A DNA stretch of 28,376 nucleotides, taken from assembly GCF_006345805.1 (NCBI RefSeq), contig NW_021833567.1, positions 1-28,376 on the forward strand, read 5' to 3'. Made by a program: the position numbers and the translations under genes. The DNA comes from Octopus sinensis. Lineage: Eukaryota. Below, piece by piece: positions 1-10,554 of this stretch (position 1 is its first letter; every line of letters begins with the position of its first letter). The notes under the pieces were generated by a model. That model worked only from the letters and a program-made list of their open reading frames with translations. It did no database searches and was not told the DNA's origin.

Positions 1-690
1 AGTTGTGAGGGTGGCGGTGGCTGTGGATGCTTGTAGCTGTGATGGAGGTTATGGGTGGCGTGTGGTGGTTGTGTGGTGGTGGTGATGGTGGTTGGGGTTG
101 TGGAGTTGTGATGGATGTGGTGGTGGTGGTGTGGTGGTTTGTGGCGGTTGTGATGGATGTTGTGTGGTGTTTGTAGTTGTTGTGTCCTGGTGGTGGTGGT
201 GATGTGGTTATGGCAATTGTAGAAGTAGTAGTGGTGTTAGTGTTAGTAGAAGTATTGGTGGTGGTGTTATGGCAATTGTAGAAGTAGTAGTGGTGTAGTT
301 GTTTAGTAGAAGTAGTGTGGTGGTGGTTATGGCAATTGGAGAAGTATTAGTGGTGTTAGTGTTGTAGTAGTAGTTAGTGGTGGTGATGGTGGTTGTGGTG
401 TGGTGGATTAATGGTGGGTAGTTGTAGACTAGTTAGTTGTTGTAGCAGTAGTAGTGGTAGTGGTGGTGGGGTGGTAAATACTAATAGTTGTTGTAGCAGT
501 AGCAGCAGCTGCAGCAGTAGTAGTATAGTAGTAGTAGTAGTAATAGTAGTAGTAGTAGTAGTAATAATAGTAGTAGTAGTAGTAGTAGTAATAATAGTAG
601 TAGTAGTAGTAGTAGTAATAATAGTAGTAGTAGTAGTAGTAGTAGTAATAATAGTAGTAGTAGTAGTAGTAGTAATAATAGTAGTAGTAG
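1..690. repeat. Compound degenerate microsatellite (GTG)n-(GCA)n-(GTA)n, including three ~60-bp higher-order units
   Basis: Direct reading; TTATGGCAATTG motif recurs at 208, 267 and 327. Confidence 0.95.
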
Positions 691-1124
691 TTAACACCAG
701 CAGCAAGAATTTATTACGTAAAAAAAAGATTTTAAAAAGTTGACTTAGTTGTCTCAGCTCCGGAAATAAATAAAGTCGGTAAGACAATGACTACAAGAAC
801 GAGAACAACAACAACAACAGCAGCAGCAGCAGCAGCAACAACAAAAACAACGAAAATAAGGTGCATGACCACTGCAGCCACCACCGCCGCCGTGCCGTCG
901 TCGCCACCATCAACAGTAAATGGAAAACGAGGCTGAAAAGTAAATAAAATTTAGAAGAAACAAAAAAACAAAACAAGAAAAACAACACAAGACAAGAAAA
1001 TAATAAATTAAAAAAAACAAACAAACAAACAAACAAAAAGAGACAACAAAAAATGAAGAAAAATATACAAAAAAAAAATTTGTTAAATTGTTTCTGGAAA
1101 AATTCTTGGTGAATTTGTCACAGA

Positions 1125-1460
1125 AGGTGGAGGGAGATGGTGGCGGTGGAGGTGGAGGGAGATGGTGGCGGTGGAGGTGGAGGGAGATGGTGGCGGTGGA
1201 GGTGGAGGGAGATGGTGGCGGTGGAGGTGGAGGGAGATGGTTGGGCGGTTTGAGGTGGAGGAGATGTGCGGTGGATGTGGAGGGATATGGTGGCGGTTGA
1301 GTGGAAGGGAGATGGTGGCGGTGGAGGTTGAGGAGATGGTGGCGGTGGAGGAGGGAGATGGTGGTGTTGGTGGAGTGGTGGTGTTTGAGAAGATGCGTGG
1401 AGGTGGAGATTGTGGTGTGGTGGGAGGGAGTGGAGGTGGAGGGAGATGGTGGTGGTGGTG
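1125..1460 (+). repeat. 25-bp G-rich minisatellite AGGTGGAGGGAGATGGTGGCGGTGG
   Basis: About four perfect units followed by increasingly indel-rich copies. Confidence 0.9.
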
Positions 1461-1463
1461 GTA

Positions 1464-1631
1464 GTACTGTGGCTTTGGCTACTACTACCACTACTACTAC
1501 TACTACTACTACTATTACTACTATTACTACTACTGTTACTGCCATAGTAGTAACAGTTTCTACTACTACCACTACTACTATTACTACTACTATTACTACT
1601 ACTACTGTTACTGCAAGAGTAGTAACAGTTT

Positions 1632-1663
<32 letters not shown>

Positions 1664-1980
1664 GTTACTGCTGCTGCTGCTGCTGCTAGCATCATCCAGT
1701 CATCACTAACACCACAGCCCTAACCAACATCTCTGATAACATCACTACTACCACCGAAACTGCCACCATCACCGCTACTGCTACATCCACCAACACCACC
1801 ACTACAACAAGCACCTCAACTATAACCAACACGATCGCCACAAACCACCACTACCACCACCACAATCACCACAACCACCACAGTAATCACAACTACAACC
1901 ACAATCACCACAACCACAATCACTACGACGAGCACTACCACAACCACAACCACCACTACCATCATCATAACCACAACCAC
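1464..1980. repeat. Compound microsatellite (CTA)n-(CTG)n-(CAC/CAA)n
   Basis: Direct reading. Confidence 0.9.
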
Positions 1981-2548
1981 GGTGGCACGTGTAAAAAAAT
2001 TAAAGCGAGGTCATTGCCAGTTCCGCCTGACTGGCCCCCGTGCAGGTGGCACGTAAAAAGCACCCACTACACTCTCGGAGTGGTTGGCGTTAGGAAGGGC
2101 ATCCAGCTGTAGAAACTCTGTCAGATCGAGACTGGATCCTAGTGCAGCCATCTGGTTCGCCAGCCCTCAGTCAAAATCGTCCAACCCGTGCTAGCATGGA
2201 AAGCGGACATTAAACGAGGATGATGATATATGATACATATATGTACATATATATATAATGCATTAGGAAGGGCATCCAGCTATAGAAACTCTGCCAGATC
2301 AGACTGGATCCTGGTGCAGCCATCTGGTTCGCCAGCCCTCAGTCAAAATCGTCCAACCCGTGCTAGCATGGAAAGCGGACATTAAACGAGGATGATGATA
2401 TATGATACATATATGTACATATATATATAATGCATTAGGAAGGGCATCCAGCTATAGAAACTCTGCCAGATCAGACTGGATCCTGGTGCAGCCATCTGGT
2501 TCGCCAGTCCTCAGTCAAAATCGTCCAACCCGTGCTAGCATGGAAAGC
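1981..2548 (+). mobile_element. RTE-type retroposon 3' end with (GAT)n tail; terminal ~172 bp tandemly triplicated
   Basis: TTAGGAAGGGCATCCAGC starts at 2090, 2263 and 2435; tail CCAACCCGTGCTAGCATGGAAAGCGGACATTAAACGAGGATGATGAT; RTE assignment from recalled consensus. Confidence 0.8.
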
Positions 2549-2580
2549 TGCTCTAACCACTAGGCCATTCTGCCTCCACA
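2549..2580 (-). mobile_element. 5' head fragment of tRNA-derived SINE (family C)
   Basis: Reverse complement TGTGGAGGCAGAATGGCCTAGTGGTTAGAGCA matches the heads at 5256 and 5561. Confidence 0.75.
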
Positions 2581-2616
2581 GTATAAAATATACACATATA
2601 CACGAATAACAGGTAA

Positions 2617-3014
2617 TCTTTATATATAAAAGTGAAGTTGTGTGTCTGTCTCCTACGATTTAGATTCCTAACTACTCCCACATTTTGCGGTGCAGTGTAA
2701 CCAAAACTGGGTATCTTATAGTTGTGATTCACATCGAGCCCTTCTGGGTATTAGCGCACGTCTACGATGAGTCTACGATTTAAAAAAAAATTTACCTTCA
2801 TTTTTTCCCATTTTAATGCATTTTATTCGCTATTATATAAGGGAAGTAACTCTCTAAAAATGTCTACGATGAGTCAACGATTTTTAAAAAAATTTACCAT
2901 AATTTTTTTTCCATTTTTAATGCATTTTTTGCTATTTTTTGGCTATAACTCTCTAAAAATGCTTATATAGTTATTTCCCTTACAAACCCGAGCAATGCTG
3001 GGCGATACTGCTTG
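2617..3014 (+). mobile_element. Non-autonomous Helitron (family A)
   Basis: A|TC 5' start, 3' hairpin CCCGAGCAATGCTGGG then CTTG|T (degenerate CTAG); near-identical copy at 22486-22874; internal ~100-bp duplication. Confidence 0.85.
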
Positions 3015-3139
3015 TAAAACCTAAAAGGGTAATACGAGTGAAGTCGACTGAAGAAAATATATATTGAATAAATTAGTGCATGATAAAGAGGACTAAAAAT
3101 TGAAGGCAGTGGAGCTAAAATAATATAAATATAAATACA

Positions 3140-3207
3140 GGCATATGGTGTAGTGGTTAAGAGTGCAGGCTACTAACCCCGAGATTCAGAGTTCGATTCC
3201 AGTGACT

Positions 3208-3248
<41 letters not shown>

Positions 3249-3416
3249 GATAATAATAATGATAATAATAATGATAATAATAATGATAATAATAATTACA
3301 ATAATAATAATGATAATAATAATGATAATAACGATAATAATATAATAATAATAATAATAACGATAATAATAATAATGATGATGATGATAATAATAATAAT
3401 GATAGTAATAATAATG

Positions 3417-3443
<27 letters not shown>
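3140..3443 (+). mobile_element. Short tRNA-like SINE or tRNA pseudogene with long (AAT)n tail
   Basis: A-box TGGTGTAGTGG, B-box GAGTTCGATTC, loop CTACTAA; acceptor stem not complete; (AAT)n 3210-3443. Confidence 0.7.
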
Positions 3444-3448
<5 letters not shown>

Positions 3449-4069
3449 AATAATGATAATAATTCTCAGACTTAGCAAAATAAAAAATGTACAAACTATT
3501 TGCATTAATGCTCCTTTTATTTCTAATGTAAGAACATGGATTGCTAGACATTTTATTTCGAATACTTTTCTTATTAAATATGAATTGTGTTAAATTAACT
3601 TCCATTATTCAAATAATTTCCCTCCAAAAACCTGCAAATATTCCATTGTAACAATCTTCAGCAGCTGCCTGCATCCATTTTCTCCTGCTCCTACAAAAGT
3701 TGAAACTGCATTAATTGTCCATTATGCAATCTTTCAATAATTTAATGGGCAAAACTAATTACGCTTAGCTATTTAGTGTCTAAAGATTATATCAGGTTTG
3801 ACTGGAAATACATTTAAGTTGAGATAATATCAACATAATTAATGCTTACGCAACAAAACGTGAATCATATTTTTAAAATTCTGTAGAATTTCTTTGCCTT
3901 TTAAAATATGATTCAACATTGTAGCATTTTAATTTTAAAAATAAACAGAAATTTTAATAATTTTCAAGTGTGATTTAGTGAAGCTGTACGACATTATCTT
4001 TTTTCCATCATTGATTTCAATTTAAGCATTACAGTTGAACCCTATTCTCTTCTAGTGCTTTATTTCAAA

Positions 4070-4287
4070 GGCAGCAAGCTGGCAGAATCATTAGCACACC
4101 AGACAAAATTCTCAGCTGCATTTCATCCATCAATATGTCCCGAGTTCAAATTCTGCTGAGGTCGATTTTGCATTTTATCCTTTCGAGGTCAAGGAAATAA
4201 GTACCAGTTACACACTGGGGTTGATGTAATTGACTTACCCCCTCCTCAAAAAATTTCAGGCATTGTGCCTATAAGGGAAAGGATTAT
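4070..4287 (+). mobile_element. tRNA-derived SINE, family B (Meta-domain-like), diverged
   Basis: GCTGGCAGAATCATTAGC head, GAGTTCAAATTC B-box, TATCCTTTCGAGGTC..AAGTACCAG central domain. Confidence 0.8.
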
Positions 4288-4289
4288 TA

Positions 4290-4353
4290 ATGCAGTGAGC
4301 TGGCAGAATTGTTAGCATGTTTGACAAAATTTTGTCCATTTTGTCCATCTGTA

Positions 4354-4356
<3 letters not shown>
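4290..4356 (+). mobile_element. Family B SINE head fragment
   Basis: GTGAGCTGGCAGAATTGTTAGCA matches the family B head. Confidence 0.6.
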
Positions 4357-4387
<31 letters not shown>

Positions 4388-4563
4388 TGTTTAATGCCCG
4401 CTTTCCATGCTGGCATGAGTTGGACAGGTTGACTGAAAACTGATAAGTTGGTGGGGCTGCACCAAGTTCCAATCCAATTTGACAAGGTTTCTCTTTCTGG
4501 ATGCCTTTCCTAATGCCAACCACTCTGAGAGTGTTGTTGGTGCTTTTTATGTGCCACCGGCAC
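4357..4563 (-). mobile_element. RTE-type 3' end with (GAT)n tail
   Basis: (TCA)n followed by TTTAATGCCCGCTTTCCATGCTGGCATG and GGATGCCTTTCCTAATGCCAACC. Confidence 0.8.
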
Positions 4564-4581
4564 ACACTTCCAAACCTATCC

Positions 4582-4996
4582 TATTTCCTTACTACCCACA
4601 AGGGGCTAAACACAGAGGGAACAAACAAGGACAGACATAGGTATTAAGTCGATTACATCGACCCCAGTGCGTAACTGGTACTTAATTTATCGACCCCGAA
4701 AGGATGAAAGGCAAAGTCGACCTCGGCAGAATTTGAACTCAGAACGTAGCGGCAGACGAAATACCTATTTCTTTATTACCCACAAGGGGCTAAACACAGA
4801 GGGGACAAACAAGGACAGACATACGTATTAAGTCGATTACATCGACCCCAGTGCGTAACTGGTACTTAATTCATTGACCCCGAAAGGATGAAAGGCAAAG
4901 TCGACCTCGGCGGAATTTCAACTCAGAACGTAGCGGCAGACGAAATACGGCTACGCATTTCGCCTGACGTGCTAACGATTCTGCCAGCTCGCCGCC
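4582..4996 (-). mobile_element. Family B SINE with tandem-duplicated body (dimer), flanked by a TSD
   Basis: Full head at 4996; 184-bp repeat period; TTCCAAACCTATCC at 4568-4581 and 4997-5010. Confidence 0.9.
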
Positions 4997-5255
4997 TTCC
5001 AAACCTATCCATCCAACCAATCTGTTTCTCAGGCCTCATTCTCTCTTATGTTCATCTTCTTGTACCAAATGCCTCGTTGCAACTGTCTGTTCTGTCTCTG
5101 AAGCTGGGTAGGGGGGTAGGGGTTGCTTTGTATCCCCTTTATGGCACAGTGGGACAGCAAGAAATCCGCCTCCTGTATCCCGGTCATAGTTTGGCATCCA
5201 CAGAATCTGGTACGCGGTCAACTCCCTCTTTATTACAAGACTACTAAGCCGAAGG

Positions 5256-5862
5256 GTGGAGGTGCAATGGCCCAGTGGTCAGGGCAGCAGACTCACAGTC
5301 GAAGGATCGCAGTTTCGATTCCTAGACTGGGTGTTGTGTGTGTTTATTGAACGAAAACACCTAAAAGTTCCACGAGGCTCCGGCAGGGGATGGTGGCGAC
5401 CCCTGTTGTACTCTTTCACCCCAACTTTCTCTCACTCACTCTTCCTGTTTCTTGAGTAACGCTGCGATGGACTGGCATCCCGTCCAGCTGGGGGGAACAC
5501 ATACGCCATTGAAACTAGGAAACTGGGCCCATGAGTCTGGCTAGGCTTTAAAAGGGTACAGTGGAGGCGCAATGGCCCAGTGATTAGGGCAGCGGACTCG
5601 CGGTCGAAGGATCGCAGTTTCGATTCCTAGACCGGGTGTTGTGTGTGTTTATTGAACGAAAACACCTAAATTCCACGAGGCTCCGGCAGGGGACGGTGGC
5701 GACCCCTGTTGTACTCTTTCGCCCCAACTTTCTCTCACTCTCTCTTCCTGTTTCTTGAGTAAAGCTGCGATGGACTGGCGTCCCGTCCAGCTGGGGGGAA
5801 CACATACGCCACAGAAACCGGGAAACCGGGCCCACGAACCTGGCTAGGATTGAGAAGGGCGA
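5256..5862 (+). mobile_element. Two tandem full-length tRNA-derived SINEs, family C (V-domain-like)
   Basis: Heads at 5256 and 5561 (305-bp period); CTGCGATGGACTGGC.TCCCGTCCAG domain; TSD-like TACTAAGC(C/T)GAAGGG at 5242-5256 and 5874-5888. Confidence 0.9.
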
Positions 5863-5937
5863 TGTTTACCGTTTACTAAGCTGAAGGGGCTCGATTTGTG
5901 AGTTTCTTGGTCCTTATTCATGCTGGCACCAAAAGCA

Positions 5938-7175
5938 TCACACACACATACACACACACAAACACACACACACACACAAACACATACACACACACACACA
6001 CACAAACACACATACACACACATGTGCACACACATACACGTGTGCATTCATGCACACATATACATGATACATATGCACAAATACACAGACTCACACACAA
6101 GCATGTGTATACATGCACATATGCACGCATATGCATGCATTGATAGACACACACACATGCATGTTACATTCACACATACACAGACATGCACACATACACA
6201 CGTACATACACATGCACACATACGCATGCATACATACACACATGCATACATACACACATGCATATATGCATGCATGCTTACACACACATGCACACACACA
6301 TGCAAACGTGTTTGTGTGCGACAAAAGATTTGGTACACACACTCACACACACACACACATGTATAAACACACACATGCATACAAACCTACATGCATGCAA
6401 ACACACACGTATACATGCATACAAACATACATACAAACACAGACGTACATGCATGCACACATATATGTGCATGCACACCCATATATATGCACACACACTC
6501 ATACATGCACACATACACACACACGCGTGCACACACAAACACACATACACACACACACACACACACATACACACACACACACATACACACACAAACACAT
6601 ACACACACACACATACACACACATACACACACAAACACACATACACACACACACACACACAAACACACATACACACACATGTGTGCACACACATACAAGC
6701 ATATATATGCCAAAAATGGCTCACGCACGTGTGCATTCATTCACACATATACATGCATATACACATACATACATGCATACAAACACATACAAACACAGAC
6801 GTACATGCATGCACACATATATGTGCATACACACCCATATATATGCACACACACTCATACATGCATACTTACACAATGAAAACGTACAATATTGGCATAC
6901 ACACACATGCATACACACACACACAAGCAAACATTTATTCTAACACATTGGCATACACACACATGCAAGCATACACATGCATACACACATACAAATGCAG
7001 ACACATGCACAAATGTACACACATACACACATACAAATATGTATATATATATATATAGCAAAACAAATGTCACTCACACATACACACTATACCACATGCA
7101 CACGCACTCACCATCACACCATGTGCATATACACCAACCACACACACACACAACTCCAATTTTCACACCACACAT
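5938..7175. repeat. Complex (CA)n/(CATA)n/(CATG)n microsatellite with an internal ~95-bp duplication
   Basis: AAACACAGACGTACATGC at 6435 and 6791. Confidence 0.95.
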
Positions 7176-7189
7176 ATGCAATATCATAC

Positions 7190-7745
7190 ACTGCATCACC
7201 ACTGCTGCCACCACTACAACCACCACCACCGCCCACCACTACCACCACCCACCACTACAACCACCACCACCACTCACCACTACCACCACTATCCACTACC
7301 CACCACCGCCACCATCACCCTCTCACCACTACCACCACCATCCACCACTACCACCACCACCACCACTATCATCACCTCCCACCACTACCACCACCATCCA
7401 CTACCACCACCATCCACTACCCACCACCACCACTACCACCACCATCCACTACCCACCACCACCACTAACACCACCATCCACCATTACCACCACCACTATC
7501 ATCACCCTCCCACCACTACCACCACCACCACCACCCACCACTACCACCACTACCACCACCATCCACTACCAACAACCGCCACTACCACCATCACCACCAC
7601 CACCCACCACCACCACTACCATCACCCTCCCACCACTACCACCACCACTGCTGCCATTGTTACCATCAACACCACCACCACAAGCTACAACCAAATCTTC
7701 ACACCTCATGCTACACCACCACCACCACCACCCCCATCAATAGCA
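7190..7745 (+). repeat. (CCA)n compound microsatellite with CCATCCACTA variants
   Basis: Direct reading. Confidence 0.95.
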
Positions 7746-7964
7746 CCTCCCCCACGTTAGCTGCCCCTCTCTTTGCCTGCGCCCTGCCCTGCCCCGCCAA
7801 AACTTCACACCAATTCCCATTGTTCCAGAGCATCCATTGTCTGTGAAAATTAAAGAAATACTAGAGAAAGAAATGTTGAAACTGGAGCAAAGAATAAGGT
7901 GATGGAGGGTGGGTGGAGGGGGTGGGAACGTGTGGGGGCGATGGTGGGGAGAGGCTGCTGTTGT

Positions 7965-8385
7965 TGGTGGTGATGGTGGTGGTGGTGGTAGTGGTGGTGG
8001 TGGTAGTGGATGGTGGTAGTGGATGGTGGTGGTGGTAGTGGATGGTGGTGGTGGTAGTGGATGGTGGTGGTAGTGGTGGTGGTGGTAGTGGATGGTGGTG
8101 GTAGTCGTGGTGGTGGTGGTAGTGGATGGTGGTTGTAGTGGTGGTGGTGGTAGTGGATGGTGGTGGTAGTGGTGGTGGTGGTAGTGGATGGTGGTGGTAG
8201 TGGTGATGGTAGTGGTGGTGATGGTAGTGGTGGTGGTGGTAGTGGTGGTGGTGTAGTGGTGGTGGTGGTAGTGGTGGTGGTGGTGGTAGTGGTGGTGGTG
8301 TGGTGGTGGTAGTGGTGGTGGTGGTAGTGGTGGTGGTGGTAGTGGATGGTGGTGGTGGTGGTGGATGGTGGTGGTGGTGTTGGTG
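7965..8385 (+). repeat. (TGG)n compound microsatellite with TAGTGGATGG variants
   Basis: Direct reading; reverse complement of the 7190-7745 motif. Confidence 0.95.
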
Positions 8386-8668
8386 ATGTAGTTCTGTACT
8401 CCTGTTGTGATGCCAAGTGCTTTGTCTGGTGCTCCACCGACCAACTCTGGTATATGTGTGTTCATATGTATGTATGTGTGTGTGTGTGTGCAGGCTCCAC
8501 CTCCCAGATTAAAACCCATAGAGGCCCGAAGCACGTAAAAGAGTTTGATGCTCCCCTCCGTACATATGTAATTCAAAATTTAAAACAATGATAAATCATA
8601 AAATCAATTTTTATTTTTCAGAGCTAAATGTAAGACGGAAAATAATGCTTATTTTTGTATCTCTCTCT

Positions 8669-9074
8669 CTTACTCTCTTACTTGTTTCAGTCATTTGACT
8701 GCGGCCATGCTGGAGCACCGCCTTTTAGTCAAGCAAATCGACCCCGGGACTTATTCCTTGCAAGCCCAGTACTTATTCTATCGGTCTCTTTTGCCAAACC
8801 GCTAAGTAATGGGGATGTAAACACACCAGCATCGGTTGTCAAGCAATGCTAGGGGGACAAACACAGACACATGAACATATACACACACATATATATATAT
8901 ATACATATATACGACAGGCTTCTTTCAGTTTCCGTCTACCAAATCCACTCACAAGGCTTTGGTCGGCCCGTGGCTATAGCAGAAGACACTTGCCCAAGAT
9001 GCCACGCAGTGGGACTGAACCCGGAACCAGGTGGTTGGTTAGCAAGCTACTTACCACACAGCCACTCCTGCGCC
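8669..9074 (-). mobile_element. tRNA-derived SINE family A (CORE-like ACCTTGGGCAAGT, central TA/TG microsatellite, GTAAAAGA-type tail)
   Basis: Head GGCGCAGGAGTGGCTGTGTGGTAAG on the minus strand; seven other copies in the window. Confidence 0.92.
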
Positions 9075-9088
9075 TATATACTTCCACT

Positions 9089-9443
9089 TTATTACCCACG
9101 CCTAGAGGTATTATTTTCAGTTATATTTGTTTGTTTGTCCGTTGACAAGATATCTGAAGAACCACTGGATGGATTTGGATGAAACTTTCAGGGATGTTAG
9201 GCCTCATGACTGGCACAAACTGATTAGATTTTGGGATCAATCTGGTACCGGACTCTGGATTCTGGATTATTTTCCCTGTTTTTTTACTTAATTTTTGAAA
9301 GCAGTCAGGTTCATTTTTAGTATTCTCGTTTGTGAGAGCAATCGAGTCTATTTCAGATATTCTCATTTTAAAAATCATCTCTGGCTAATCAATGAGAGGA
9401 CGTTGGTGTTGCCTTGGCAGAAGTTTGTGCTCTCTGAGTGCTC

Positions 9444-9447
<4 letters not shown>
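9089..9447 (+). mobile_element. HINE/DINE-1-like non-autonomous rolling-circle element
   Basis: 5' TTATTACC, GTTT microsatellite, 3' subterminal CTTGGCAGAAGT and hairpin GTGCTCTCTGAGTGC; second copy at 9871. Confidence 0.7.
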
Positions 9448-9475
<28 letters not shown>

Positions 9476-9837
9476 GAGTGAGAGAGCAGTTCATGCCATC
9501 AAAGTGACACTGGGGTACAATATACGAAGCCCAATATACCCATCATGACTACCCATCTGATAAGAGTACACCAGGCACATGCATCACAACCATATGTGCG
9601 CGACATGGTGATCTCATATCAAGATAAACAGCACATGACCTTGCAGGTGGGACCCAGTTAGAATTTTCTTCAGGTTGAGTAGCCCATCCCGCTCAAACGG
9701 TCCCTGAATAAGGGTCGTTTAAGGATGTTGAAAGAACCACCCATGTTTCCATAGGTGAATTATTCAAACCCCAAAGAATCCCTCTCAACACATGGCTATG
9801 ATGCTCCCCCACTACTTCTGCTCGTGATGAGAGATGC

Positions 9838-9838
<1 letters not shown>
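9448..9838 (-). mobile_element. Retroposed repeat (LINE 3' UTR or SINE) with (AAT)n tail
   Basis: Non-coding ~360-bp element ending CTCTCTCACTC(AAT)n on the minus strand, flanked on both sides by (ATT)n. Confidence 0.65.
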
Positions 9839-9870
<32 letters not shown>

Positions 9871-9877
<7 letters not shown>

Positions 9878-10146
9878 TCTGCCTTAGTGAGAAGGCGAAG
9901 GTATTGTTTTCAGTCATGTTTGTTTGTTTGTTTGTCCGTGGACAAGATATCTCAAGAACCACTGGATGGATTCGGATCAAACTTTCAGGCATGTTTGGCC
10001 TTGTGACTGGCACAAATTGATTACATTTTGGAATCAGTTTGGTACCGGACCAGGATTTTGGATTATTTTTCCTGTTTTTTACTTAATACTTGAGAGTGGT
10101 CGGGTTCATTTTTAGTATTCTCATTTGTGAGAGCAGTCGAGTTAAT
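9871..10146 (+). mobile_element. HINE-like element, 3'-truncated
   Basis: TATTACCTCTGCC 5' end complementary to the 3' subTIR of the 9089 copy; clear homology to 9089-9350. Confidence 0.7.
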
Positions 10147-10175
10147 TTTTGACGAAAAAAGGGTTTTTTATACAT

Positions 10176-10538
10176 ACTCTTTTACTTGTTTCAGTCATTT
10201 GACTGCAGCCATGCTGGAGCACCACCTTTTAGTCAAGCAAATCGACCACAGGACATATTCTTTGTAAGCCTAGAACCGATAAGTTATAGGGATGTAAACA
10301 CACCGGCATCGGTTGTTAAATGATGTTGGGTGGACAAACACAGACACACAAACACACACACACATATATACATATACATATATATGACAGGCTTCTTTCA
10401 GTTTCCGTCTACCAAATCCACTCACAAGGCTTTGGTCAGCCTGAGGCTATAGTAGAAGACACTTGCCCAAGGTGCCACACAGTGGGACTGAACCCAGAAC
10501 CATGTGGTTGGTTAGCAAGCTACTTACCACACAGCCAC
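10176..10538 (-). mobile_element. SINE family A, internal deletion
   Basis: Homology to other family A copies. Confidence 0.9.
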
Positions 10539-10554
10539 AGTAATTCAAAATAAT

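Noticed and set aside
3140-3210. Functional tRNA gene
   Set aside because: No complete acceptor stem or poly-T terminator; runs into an (AAT)n tail
3600-3665. Minus-strand CUGAAGA..GAAA with a 6-bp stem III
   Set aside because: Cleavage triplet would be NUG and no stem II can form
3617-3702. LRR-like peptide NLQIFHCNNLQQLPASIF on the plus strand
   Set aside because: Spacing is two residues short of the LRR consensus, bounded by stops, no splice sites
7761-7898. Assigning the plus-strand peptide IKEILEKEMLKLEQRIR to a named coiled-coil protein
   Set aside because: K/E/I richness is expected from the antisense of a pyrimidine tract; no confident recognition
8392-8580. Two plus-strand exons FCTPVVMPSALSGAPPTNSG and GSTSQIKTH..
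   Set aside because: First acceptor lacks a pyrimidine tract and the intervening intron would be only about 45 nt
9150-9190. CTGAAGA..GAAA in the HINE copy
   Set aside because: The sister copy reads CTCAAGA, and no stems form
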